Position numbers and translations under genes: made by a program. Positions 11,085 to 20,500 of a stretch of 64,000 nucleotides of DNA are shown here, one piece after another; position 1 is the first letter of the stretch; the number at the start of each line of letters is the position of its first letter. The notes under the pieces were generated by a model. That model did no database searches and was not told the origin of the DNA. It was given only the letters and a program-made list of their open reading frames with translations. Where the stretch lies: assembly GCA_047602425.1 (NCBI GenBank), contig JASGHG010000001.1, positions 3,328,001 to 3,392,000 of the forward strand, written 5' to 3'. The stretch comes from Nibricoccus sp. (GTDB lineage: Bacteria; Verrucomicrobiota; Verrucomicrobiia; Opitutales; Opitutaceae).

Positions 11085-11525
11085 TTACAGGCTACGGGCG
11101 GGCTTCAGTTGAAGCACGACGCTCGTGAGGCGATCGAGATTCTCTTCGTTGGCCGGTCGCACGATGTGCTCGATCCGCCGCGCAACGTCCGGGTGATCGA
11201 ACGCCTGCGACCACGAAACAAGGGTGCCTTGGGCGGACGGCGTCAGACGCACCGTCAGTCGATAGTGCGGTCCCGAGACGTGGCGGATGACCACTTTCGC
11301 GGACGGCTCAATCTCCTCAAACACGCTCTCGTTGGGATAATCTTTTCCATCGGGTCCGTGCATGACGTACACCCAACGTCCCTGCTGTTTGAATTCGCAA
11401 AGCTCGAATGTGTTGGTGAAACCAGCCGGTCCCCACCAACGCGCCAGTTGCTCCGGATCATTGAAGGCGGCGAAGATCTGTTCGGGCGTGGCGGGAATTT
11501 CGCGTGACGTTTCGAAAGGAGCCAT
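11085..11525 (-). CDS. SRPBCC/AHSA1-like protein
   Basis: IFAAFNDPEQLARWWGPAGF and MHGPDGKDYPNESVF motifs. Confidence 0.9.
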   Translation of the reverse strand: MAPFETSREIPATPEQIFAAFNDPEQLARWWGPAGFTNTFELCEFKQQGRWVYVMHGPDGKDYPNESVFEEIEPSAKVVIRHVSGPHYRLTVRLTPSAQGTLVSWSQAFDHPDVARRIEHIVRPANEENLDRLTSVVLQLKPARSL

Positions 11526-11751
11526 GGTGGTGGATGGGATTTGGTTTTGACGGGATCGCAGCGAATGACGACCGCGGCTGGCCGGCGTCGGAGCGGGCAA
11601 ATATCCTAAGTGGATTCACAAATTTCGCCAGCGCATCGAAGAGATGCTGGGGAGTACAAAATTTCGAACTCTGCTATTTTCTCTGATCCCTGAAACCGCC
11701 CGGCGACGTCACGTGTATCCCAAGCGACACTTTCACTTCGAACCTCCAGCA

Positions 11752-13116
11752 ATGAAGATTATCCTGCTTTTCCCCGCGGTTCTTGCCGCGTTTTTTTCTC
11801 CTGCGCTCGCGGATTCTGCGAATGACCTCAACAGCCCAGCTCTCCCCTCCAATCGCACGAATGCGCGTCCCGGCTCCGCAGTGAAATCGTCGGCGGATTC
11901 GTCCGTGACCAAACCATCGGTCGAGGAGGCGATCGCCATTTTGAAGGCCGAGAACGAGGAGTTCGATCGACTCGGAGTGATCTCACGCACAAAAGTCCAG
12001 GAGAGCGTGGATAAGTTTTTCTCGTCGGTAAACGTCTCCGCGCTCACCCCGCAGCAGATCGCCGAGGTTTTCCGTCAGACCGCATTTTTCCGGGCGGACC
12101 GCAAGTGGGCGAGGGAAGCGATGGACACGTTGCACGCCTCCGGCGCGGATCGCGGCACCACCGGCGTGCTCAGCCTCGCGCTTCAAGGGCTGATGTTTGG
12201 CCTCGTGCAGGGCTCGGCGCAGGAGCGCGTGCAGGCGGGCGCGACGTTGCGCGAGCATCCGGCGTTTACCGAAGCGCTCAACGGCGACGATGGAGACTTG
12301 GTGTTGGCGGCGGCCTGCAAAGGCCTTCCTGCCCCAGGCTCGGAACGCAACGACGCGCTGGCCTCGGTTTGTACCAAACTCGATGTTTCGTGGCCCGGCC
12401 CCGCGGCGCAGTCGGTCCAGGCGGCGTGGGAAGCCTTTTCGGGTCAAAAGGAAAAACCGGCGCCCGCCCAGTTGACCCGCGTGCGGAAACACCTCGTCGC
12501 GTACCTTGACGCCGCTTTGAAAAATAGCACGCATCCGCGCGTCGTGAGGTGGAAGGACAAGATCGCTTCGACCCGCGATTTTCTCAACGGCCCCGCGGCT
12601 CGCGGCCAGCTCGTCGGCTTTCCCGCGCCCGAGCTGCATTTTCTCTGGACCAATTTGCCAGAACTAAAAGCGCTCTCGCAGTTGAAGGGCAAAGTCGTCG
12701 TCCTCGATTTTTGGGCCGTCTGGTGCCAGCCCTGCCGCGCCGCCTTCCCGGAGATGCGGCAGCTGCAGGAACGTTATCGCAACTACGACGTGACGCTGCT
12801 CGGCGTGACCAGTCTGCAGAATTTCATGCTCGACGAAAAAGACGCATCGATCCGCTGCGACGGCGATCCGGAAAAAGAAACGCGGCTCCTCGCCGAGTTC
12901 ATCAAGCACAAGAACATCACCTGGCCCGTCGTGGTCAGCCGCGAACCGGTCTTCAATCCGGACTACGGCATCAACGGCATTCCCGCCGTGGCGATCATTG
13001 CGCCCGACGGCGTGTTGAAATTTCTTTTAACCACGGGCCGCGAATCGACTGAGGAAAAAATAAAGATGATCGATTCGCTCCTCGCTGAATTTGGCAAACC
13101 CACGCCCAAAGCGTGA
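11752..13116 (+). CDS. Exported TlpA-family thiol-disulfide oxidoreductase with long helical N-terminal region
   Basis: Signal peptide; GKVVVLDFWAVWCQPC motif; YGINGIP cis-Pro loop. Confidence 0.88.
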   Translation: MKIILLFPAVLAAFFSPALADSANDLNSPALPSNRTNARPGSAVKSSADSSVTKPSVEEAIAILKAENEEFDRLGVISRTKVQESVDKFFSSVNVSALTPQQIAEVFRQTAFFRADRKWAREAMDTLHASGADRGTTGVLSLALQGLMFGLVQGSAQERVQAGATLREHPAFTEALNGDDGDLVLAAACKGLPAPGSERNDALASVCTKLDVSWPGPAAQSVQAAWEAFSGQKEKPAPAQLTRVRKHLVAYLDAALKNSTHPRVVRWKDKIASTRDFLNGPAARGQLVGFPAPELHFLWTNLPELKALSQLKGKVVVLDFWAVWCQPCRAAFPEMRQLQERYRNYDVTLLGVTSLQNFMLDEKDASIRCDGDPEKETRLLAEFIKHKNITWPVVVSREPVFNPDYGINGIPAVAIIAPDGVLKFLLTTGRESTEEKIKMIDSLLAEFGKPTPKA

Positions 13117-13256
13117 TCCCATCGCGCCGGCACTTCGCATTCCAACTCGGAACACGCGGCGCCCGGATAAAAATTCGCGGAGGATGCTGAAACTTTTCTC
13201 CGGCCTGCCGTGTTTCCTCGGGTGAACGCAGCACCTTCCACCTTGAGCTACCACCC

Positions 13257-14726
13257 ATGCACTTGATCCGCCCGCCCGCCCTCAGACGCATTCCGAAACG
13301 ACTTCCGTCCTTGCGACGCGGCCACCGTCCTTCGCTCGCCGCATTCCTCGGCTTGAGTTGCGCGCTCAGCCTCGGCGCCGTCAGCGGCGTTCAGGCCGAC
13401 GATGTCGACGACTACATCGCGGCGCAAATGAGCCGGCAGCATATTCCTGGTTTGTCCCTCGCGGTTTTGAAGGACGGCAAGCCGGTGAAGATGCAAGGCT
13501 ACGGCATCGCCAATCTGGAACTCGGCACGCCCGCGACGCCGGAGACGGTTTATCAAATTGGTTCGGTCAGCAAACAGTTCATCGCTGCCGGCATCGTGTG
13601 CTTGAGCACGGAAGGGAAGGTCGGTCTCGATGATTCGATCAGAAAATACCTTGAGGACGCGCCGGAGGCTTGGCAGCCCATCACGGTAAGACATCTGCTC
13701 ACGCACACCTCCGGACTGGTTCGGGAAACGCCGGGACTGCAATTGAAGGCGCAGAGCGAAATCGACGCGCTCCGCGCCGCGTACGCCACGCCGCTCGCCT
13801 TTCAGCCCGGCGAGAAATGGCAATACAGCAACCTCGGTTACTTCGCGCTCGCCGAAGTCATCAGCCGCGCCGCACAGATTCCCTGGCCGCGATATTTGCA
13901 GGAGCGCATTTTCGCGCCACTGGGCATGAGCGCCACCCGCACGACCACCATCGAGGAACTGGTGCTGCAACGTGCTGGTGGTTATCAATGGTTGGACACC
14001 CAGCAGTATCAAAATTGTCCCCTCATCCCCGGCGTGCGGCCTAGCGGCGCTTTGCTCTCCAGCGTGCGTGACCTGGCCAAATGGGACGCGGCCCTGTATT
14101 CGGATGCCGTGTTTTCACCGCAGCAGCGCGAACTCCTGTGGACGCCCGTGAAGCTCAATGACGGGACCGAGAAGCCTTACGGCTTCGGCTGGGAGACAGG
14201 CAAAACCGGCAAACATCGCCACGCGAAACACGGCGGCACGATGCTCGGCTTCCGCTCGCAACTCCTGCGCTTTCCCGACGACCGGCTGACCGTCGTTGTC
14301 CTGACCAATGCCACCCAGGTGGTCACCGAAAAAATCGCACTCGGCATCGCCGCGTTTTATCTGCCCGACTTGAAACCGTCGCAGCCCAAGCGCAACCCCG
14401 CGCCGCTGCCCATGGAGATTCTCGATGGTTATGCCGGCCGATATCGCGTCGCGGGCGACCGGGTGCTGGCGATCGCGCGCCGGGGGAACCAATTGTCAGT
14501 CACCCTGCCGCTCGGCCCGGCATTGGGCAAGGAGATCGGCCCGCTGGTGCAAGGGGTGAGCATGGATCTCGCGTTGGTGACACCGGAGAACGAAACACGT
14601 TTTTTCGACGAAGATGACCCGCGCTCCACCTATGTTTTCTCCAAGGACGCCGCCGGCAAAATCCAATTCGCCATCGAAAACGCCGAGGGGAAAACCCTCC
14701 AGAAGGCGACGAAGATCGATCCGTAG
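13257..14726 (+). CDS. Serine hydrolase, beta-lactamase/AmpC-like family
   Basis: SxxK (IGSVSK), LLTHTSG, YSN and HGG motifs; N-terminal export signal. Confidence 0.9.
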   Translation: MHLIRPPALRRIPKRLPSLRRGHRPSLAAFLGLSCALSLGAVSGVQADDVDDYIAAQMSRQHIPGLSLAVLKDGKPVKMQGYGIANLELGTPATPETVYQIGSVSKQFIAAGIVCLSTEGKVGLDDSIRKYLEDAPEAWQPITVRHLLTHTSGLVRETPGLQLKAQSEIDALRAAYATPLAFQPGEKWQYSNLGYFALAEVISRAAQIPWPRYLQERIFAPLGMSATRTTTIEELVLQRAGGYQWLDTQQYQNCPLIPGVRPSGALLSSVRDLAKWDAALYSDAVFSPQQRELLWTPVKLNDGTEKPYGFGWETGKTGKHRHAKHGGTMLGFRSQLLRFPDDRLTVVVLTNATQVVTEKIALGIAAFYLPDLKPSQPKRNPAPLPMEILDGYAGRYRVAGDRVLAIARRGNQLSVTLPLGPALGKEIGPLVQGVSMDLALVTPENETRFFDEDDPRSTYVFSKDAAGKIQFAIENAEGKTLQKATKIDP

Positions 14727-14763
14727 AAGACTCGCGGCTTTTCAACCGGGCTGCACTCGCCAA

Positions 14764-15420
14764 TCACTTGGGGTCGTGCGGCACCGGGGGCGCATCCCAC
14801 CTAAGCAGGGTGGCGGTGGATCTTGCGCAGAAGAGGCCGAGCGCAAGGCCGGCGATGGTGTCGCTGATCCAGTGCCAGCCGGCAGCGACAAGACTCACCA
14901 TCATGGCGACCGTCAACGCGAGCCAGGCCACGCGGAGCTTCGGCTTCCGCATCCAGAGAACACCGGCAAAAGCCGCCGTGATCGAGGTGTGTCCCGAGGG
15001 GAAGTAAGCGTACCCCGGTCCCAGGTGAAACGGAAAGAACCCATAGATGCCGTCTCTGATCCACGAAGGACTGCCCTGAAAACTCTCCGGGCCGATGCGC
15101 CCCGTGACCACTTTTAGCGTTTCCGTCAGGGTCAAGGCGATGGCCACTGCAAGGCAGCAGCCGAACGCGGTGTCGAGCCGGTAGGATTTCCGGCCAAAGA
15201 AGATTGCGCCAATCCCGTAGCCCGCCAGACGCAGACAGACGAAAGCCATGATTGGATAGAGCAGGTAATTGATGGCGACGAAAACGCCGCGCTGACGAAC
15301 ATGTTCGAAGGCCCAAAGCTCTGCCGGACGATCGACCCAAATGACGCAGCCAGCAATCGTCAGAAAGCATCCGATTGCCGCCGCTAGTTTCCATCGGAAG
15401 CCGGGGTGGGCGGAGGTCAT
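14764..15420 (-). CDS. PAP2-family membrane phosphatase
   Basis: KVVTGRIGP, FPSGHT and HWISD motifs; multiple TM helices. Confidence 0.88.
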   Translation of the reverse strand: MTSAHPGFRWKLAAAIGCFLTIAGCVIWVDRPAELWAFEHVRQRGVFVAINYLLYPIMAFVCLRLAGYGIGAIFFGRKSYRLDTAFGCCLAVAIALTLTETLKVVTGRIGPESFQGSPSWIRDGIYGFFPFHLGPGYAYFPSGHTSITAAFAGVLWMRKPKLRVAWLALTVAMMVSLVAAGWHWISDTIAGLALGLFCARSTATLLRWDAPPVPHDPK

Positions 15421-15532
15421 CAGTTCGTGTTGCGGAAAAGCCCGCCACTGCGCAAGGAAATTGACCGACGGCCAAGGGTGGCGATTGGGATTCTAGAGCA
15501 TTTTTAAAATGTCATGGCCGCACAACTCCGGC

Positions 15533-15605
15533 CGCAGGGGCACAGTCTTGCTGCGCCCGGTTTCACTTTGCCACAGAAAGGGCGCAGCAAGACTGCGTCC
15601 CTACG
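15533..15605. repeat. REP-like inverted doublet, family B
   Basis: CGCAGGGGCACAGTCTTGCTGCGCCC...GGGCGCAGCAAGACTGCGTCCCTACG; second copy at 22402-22471. Confidence 0.75.
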
Positions 15606-15764
15606 AAGACAGCTCGGTTCATAACACCGGTTTACGGCTACAGGTTTTATTGTATGTGCTCTAGCCCCGTCTTTGATCTGTGCTCCGCGCGTCGAGGCTG
15701 CCGAGCCACATGCGGTATCAGACCAAGTTGCAATCAAACGTATAAATATTGCCAGCGTTCGATG

Positions 15765-15848
15765 GGTAGGGACGGACCGCCGGGCCGTCCGTCCGCTCGG
15801 GCCATTCGCAGGCAACGTTGACGGACGACCCGGCGGGTCGTCCCTACC
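15765..15848. repeat. GTAG REP-like inverted doublet, family A
   Basis: GGTAGGGACGGACCGCCGGGCCGTCCGTC...GACGGACGACCCGGCGGGTCGTCCCTACC; related copies at 21679 and 29920. Confidence 0.8.
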
Positions 15849-15933
15849 TCGGCCGTTTTGATGTCTTTGAATGCAACTTGGTATCAGACACTCATTCTAC
15901 CTCGGAGAATGAGCCAATTGGCGCGGCAGCGCC

Positions 15934-15993
15934 GGTAGGGACAATGCTCCTGCCTTGTCCGGGCAATGACGGAGCATTGCCCCTGCCTTTTTT
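15934..15993. repeat. GTAG-initiated hairpin (REP-like or terminator)
   Basis: GGTAGGGACAATGCTCC...GGAGCATTGCCCCTGCC followed by T6. Confidence 0.55.
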
Positions 15994-16001
15994 CCATGGA
16001 C

Positions 16002-16031
16002 AAAAAAACCGGCGCCCTTTTGGGCGCCGGT
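16002..16031 (-). terminator. Rho-independent terminator of the 16097-16768 gene
   Basis: ACCGGCGCCC-tttt-GGGCGCCGGT with an A-run on the + strand, giving a U-tract on the - strand. Confidence 0.8.
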
Positions 16032-16096
16032 CTATGGCAGAACACAGTGCAGAAACCATCACTTATGAGCGGCGATGGAAATTCACCTAACGTTAC

Positions 16097-16768
16097 TTAG
16101 TGGTTCTGTGTTGCTGGTTCTGTTTTGATCGCCGTGCCATTGTCGCGCTTCGGGGCGCGCTTGATATGGCTGGCGGTTTGCCAGGCGCGCATCACTTCGG
16201 CATTGCGGCCGTACTTGTTGGTCACGATCGCATCGAGATCGTTCACGGCCTTCATGCCCTCGGCGATGAGGACGCCCACGGCCTTGGTTTTTCCCACCGC
16301 GGCGGTCGTGCCGCTCTTGAGCGCGGCTTGCGACAGGCGGATGGTTTTCACATCGGCCTCGAGGTTGGCGACGAAATCGGCGGGCATTTCGTACGCCAGA
16401 AAAAGCGGGGTGACGCCGTCCTTTTTCAAATTCGCCAGAAACGTATCGGCGGCGGTGAGGACGGCGGCGGGATTTTGCTCGGGAATGACGAACGAGTCGG
16501 CAAAGCCCGGTTTTTCCTGGGCGATGGCGCGCGCGGTTTTGGCGATGGCCTTTAGGTCGAGCAGCAAGGCGTCGAAGAGCACCTCGACGGCGGTGGCTCG
16601 AGGATGGATCTGTTGAACCTTGCCGGCGCTGAGTTGCGCGATCACCTCGGCCACCGTGACGCGGCATTTGGCGCCCTTGGAGTCGGGCAGAAGGTCTTTG
16701 AGGTAGTCGTTCCCGAAGGCGTCGACTTCGGTGAACATGTCGTAGCGTCGTGATTCCCTGTCATTCAT
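16097..16768 (-). CDS. Hypothetical, predicted all-helical protein (223 aa)
   Basis: Host-like codon usage, AT-rich upstream region and its own terminator. MNDRESRRYDMF...DLDAIVTNKY...AWQTASHIKRAPK; no catalytic motif recognised. Confidence 0.8.
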   Translation of the reverse strand: MNDRESRRYDMFTEVDAFGNDYLKDLLPDSKGAKCRVTVAEVIAQLSAGKVQQIHPRATAVEVLFDALLLDLKAIAKTARAIAQEKPGFADSFVIPEQNPAAVLTAADTFLANLKKDGVTPLFLAYEMPADFVANLEADVKTIRLSQAALKSGTTAAVGKTKAVGVLIAEGMKAVNDLDAIVTNKYGRNAEVMRAWQTASHIKRAPKRDNGTAIKTEPATQNH

Positions 16769-16960
16769 GGATGTATTTTTATTTGATGGTTGTGTGTGAT
16801 GCGGAAACTCCCGTTGGACCTCCCGCCGGGTTCGGTGAAAACGTAAAACCATAACCAAATGCAAGAACTTCATTTTATTTTAAAAATATCTTACAAAAGG
16901 TTCGGTAAACGGAGCACGCCGGTGTAGGGGATTACCTGATTTGCGTTGGTTGCGGTGTGT

Positions 16961-16977
16961 TCGGCACGGGTCTCGCT
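16961..16977 (+). promoter_or_regulatory. Possible sigma54 promoter pointing into the 21-nt array
   Basis: TCGGCACGGGTCTCGCT fits GG-N10-GC, with two mismatches to YTGGCACG-N4-TTGCW. Confidence 0.3.
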
Positions 16978-17076
16978 TGCACTTTTTTTGTGCCGGCGGG
17001 CCGATGTGCCGGACGCGCTCTACTCCCGGAAGCTCTGTCACAAAAAGACCAACACCGCGTTCTTCCCCGCATCGCG

Positions 17077-17391
17077 CTTGCACGCTGCGGCGAGCGACTC
17101 ACACGCACCGGCGGCCCCCTCGCACGCTCCGGCGCGCCGCTGCACGCAACCGATTTGCAATTTACACCCACCGGCCGCCCGCTGACGCGCTCCGGCGCCC
17201 GATTTACACGCTCCGGCGAAGCACTCGCACGCTCCGGCGAAGGACTCGCACGCTCCGGCAGCCGACTTACACGGTCCGGCGGACGACTTACACGCTGCGG
17301 TCACGAGCTGACACGCTCCGGCGCCCTGCTCGCACGCTCCGGCCCCCGATCTACACCCTCCGGCGCTCCCCTGCACGCAAATGACCGGCGA
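17077..17391. repeat. Tandem array of 15 units of 21 nt, consensus YTNRCACGCTCCGGC-N6
   Basis: Units such as CTCGCACGCTCCGGCGAAGGA, CTTACACGGTCCGGCGGACGA and TTTACACGCTCCGGCGAAGCA; exact 21-nt phase with no indels. Confidence 0.9.
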
Positions 17392-17504
17392 TTGCACGTG
17401 GGGTTGCTGTCGTGGTCCGGTTTATCCCGAGATGAATTGCACGATCCAGTCGCTCTCTCCAATTAATTCTCGACAGCAAATTTTAGGAAGACGTGCTTGG
17501 AGTC

Positions 17505-20500
17505 ATGCAACCGGAAGGCAATTTTCTCCATAGGCTAACTTTTTTTTGGCCCCGTACTTTCATATTCATATCGGTGGTGTTCTTCTTCGGTGGGGGTGTT
17601 GCTGGATTGGAAGCGCAACCTGCTGGAAATGTTGAGAGGTTCATTCTACAGCCATGGCAGTGGGATGGTGTCGTCGCGGCGCTGGAAGATCCGAATATGG
17701 AGGTACAACGCGCTGCGCTCAATTGGCTCTCTAAGCTAGATCCGCGGAGTACCGACGCCCCGGATGATACACGATCCAAGCGACTTGCGGAACTAGTCGA
17801 CGAACATTTAAGCGATAGTCACGACTTTAGTGAAAAAATCGCCGCCTTACGTTCGCTATACTGGGGACAGTCTCCGCGTTCTCACCAGTTGGTGGTTGGG
17901 TTGTTCAAAAGCAAGGACCCAGTTTTTCTGAAATATGTTTTGGCAGCACTCGAAGAATTCGGACCGGACTGGGCTATGTTCGCGCCCCAAGTGGCAGACC
18001 TTCTCAACAACAAAGATACTGAAGTACAAGCCGCCGCAATCCGTGCGCTAGGTAATATGGGACCGGTCGGCGCAAAATTTTCAGCCCGATTGGCCAGCTT
18101 TCTAAAAAGCGGCGATTTCCATGTTCAGACGTCAACAATCTATGCACTTGTCAGACTAGGATTGGCCGGAACGATGTCCGCGCCTCAGCTCGCTGAACTC
18201 CTTAAAAAAGGTGACTCCAGTGTACGAGGTGCCGCAGCTTATGCCCTTGGTGCCATGGGTCCGGACGCAGCAAGCTTGGCATTGACGCCGGAATTGATCG
18301 AGCTCCTTAGAAACAGAAACCCAGAGGTTTTTAACTCCGTTGGTGCTGTATTCCAGGGACTGGGGCCCGCAGGCGTGGCATATGCCCCAAAATTGACCGA
18401 GCACTTCAATGATAAAGATCCCAGCGTACGATGCGCCGCAGCAGACCTAGTCGGTATAATCGGGGCGGCAGCTGCAGCATTTACGCCCGAGGTCGCGAAA
18501 CTCCTCAAGGACGACAGTCCAGCCGTTCAAAGATCCGCGGCCAATGCGCTTATAAAAATGGGGCCGGCCGGGAAAGCGCATGCTTCTCAAGTTGCCGAAC
18601 TCCTCAAAAGTAACAATACCGATGTACAGAGTTTTGCAGCTGGTGCCCTCGGGAAAATGGGATCGCAGGGCGCGCTCTTTGCATCCCAGATCGCTGGGCT
18701 CTTAAACAATAAAAGCAATGAGCTCCGTTGTTCTGCTCTATCCGCACTGGGCGAGATGGGACTGGCTGCTGGGGACTGTGCGCCTCAAATAGCCGAACAA
18801 CTTAAGTACAATAATATTTCCATCCAAAGATTAGCGGCCATCGCTCTTGGAAGAATAGGCCCAAAGGGTGCAGTCTTCGCGCCTCAGATAGCCGAACTCC
18901 TTAAAAGTGACAGCGCCAACATGCGGGGGTACGCAGTCTACGCTCTAGGCAACATGGGACTGGCCAGCGCACCTTTCGTGCCGCAAATCGCCGAGTTTCT
19001 AGACGACACTGATTTCGACCTCCGAATATCTGGAGCCGTTGCAATCGGTAAAATAGGCCCCGCAGGTAGCCCCGTTGCCCATAAAATGGTGACATGCCTC
19101 ACAGGCGGTGAAGAAAACTCTAAAATTGTATCTACAAACGCGCTCATTCGTGTCTGCGTTCAGCCAAATCCATCTGTTGCCATGTACCTCATGGATTTGT
19201 CTCATGGTTATATTGTTTCAAGGGGTTTTCTTGAATTTGTCGCTTATCTTCTGGGCGGAGGCGAAAAGCCGAATCGGTTTCGGGTTCAATGGCTTTCCAG
19301 TCGATCCCCGCAAGCGAGCAAAACAATTTCTGACCTGAACCATACGGAAACACGCGAAGTTCTAGCGGAATTACATAGCGCAATACGCGTGTCCGATAAG
19401 TTACCGACCGTAAGCAACAAGATAGCAAAACTAGCTGCGGACTTAGTGCGTAAACATGGGCCAGTCGATAACAACCTAGTGCTAGATCTAATGGATTCGT
19501 TGGAGAAGGCAGGATATCCTGATCAGGCGCGGACACTGGAAGATGCGCTCAAGAATAAATCCCGGTTAATAAATAAATTGGGCTGGAGTGCTGAGGCGTG
19601 GTCTGCACCGGGCGCGTCATGGGAAAAGTTTGCGGCGTGGAACCTGGGATTGTTGGCCACTTTATATAGCTGCGTGATAGTAGTGCTGTTTATTGGATCG
19701 CCGTTGAGCCTGGTCCAATTACACGAAGGCTGGGCGATCATCTTTGGCTCGGTGCCCTGGATCGGCGATGCGCTAGAGCGAGTGGCGAAGTTATCAGCGC
19801 TATTCCTTATTACCTCGCGTCGTTGTTTGGATGCCGTTGTCCACCATTATGCGGCAAAGGCTTTGGTTGATTTAGAGAAACGCACAGAAGTCGGATCGCG
19901 CCACCATTGGATTGCGGCTCCACTCGAAATTAGAGACGAAGAATTCGGTACGGCTAACCGACCATTCGTTCCTCCTAAAGATGCTCCAGCAGGAATGATC
20001 TACATACGAGGGCTCACGGAGCTTGGCAAGTATCTCACCGGACCACGAAGGTGGGTATCGATTGAAGGTCCAGGTGGCGTCGGTAAGTCAGTATTGGCTT
20101 TTCAAATTGCCCGTTGGTTTGCCGATTCCAAGGCGGCGAATCGTTTACATCAGGCCCAGGCTATCCCCATTTTTGTTCGGGAGCTCAAAGAGGGACTAGA
20201 TAAAGAAGTACTAGCCGAGCTTAAACGTGCATTGGGGATGCCCAAGATGTCTACGATACTTTCCGAGGCGCTTCTTAAGAACGGTCGAGTCTTGGCGATC
20301 GTAGATGGCGTCTCTGAAAAGAAGGTAGATTTCGACGAACTCAATTCCGAACAATTCAATCCAGCTAAAGATGCGCAGCTCACGCACTTCGTCGTAGTTA
20401 CCAGCCGTCGCCGCGTAAGACCTAATGATACGATATTAGTACGTCCTCTACACGTGGATTTGGGGAGTATCGATGTTGTCCTGAATCGGTATATCGATGG

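Noticed and set aside
13257..14726. Clinical-type beta-lactam resistance gene
   Set aside because: The motifs fit the broad serine hydrolase/peptidase family; nothing specifies beta-lactamase activity.
15421..16090. Short ORFs in the spacer between the PAP2 gene and the orphan gene
   Set aside because: They run through REP hairpins and a terminator and have no coding features.
17077..17391. 21-nt array as a CRISPR array
   Set aside because: The variable part is only about 6 nt, the repeats are degenerate and non-palindromic, and there are no cas genes.
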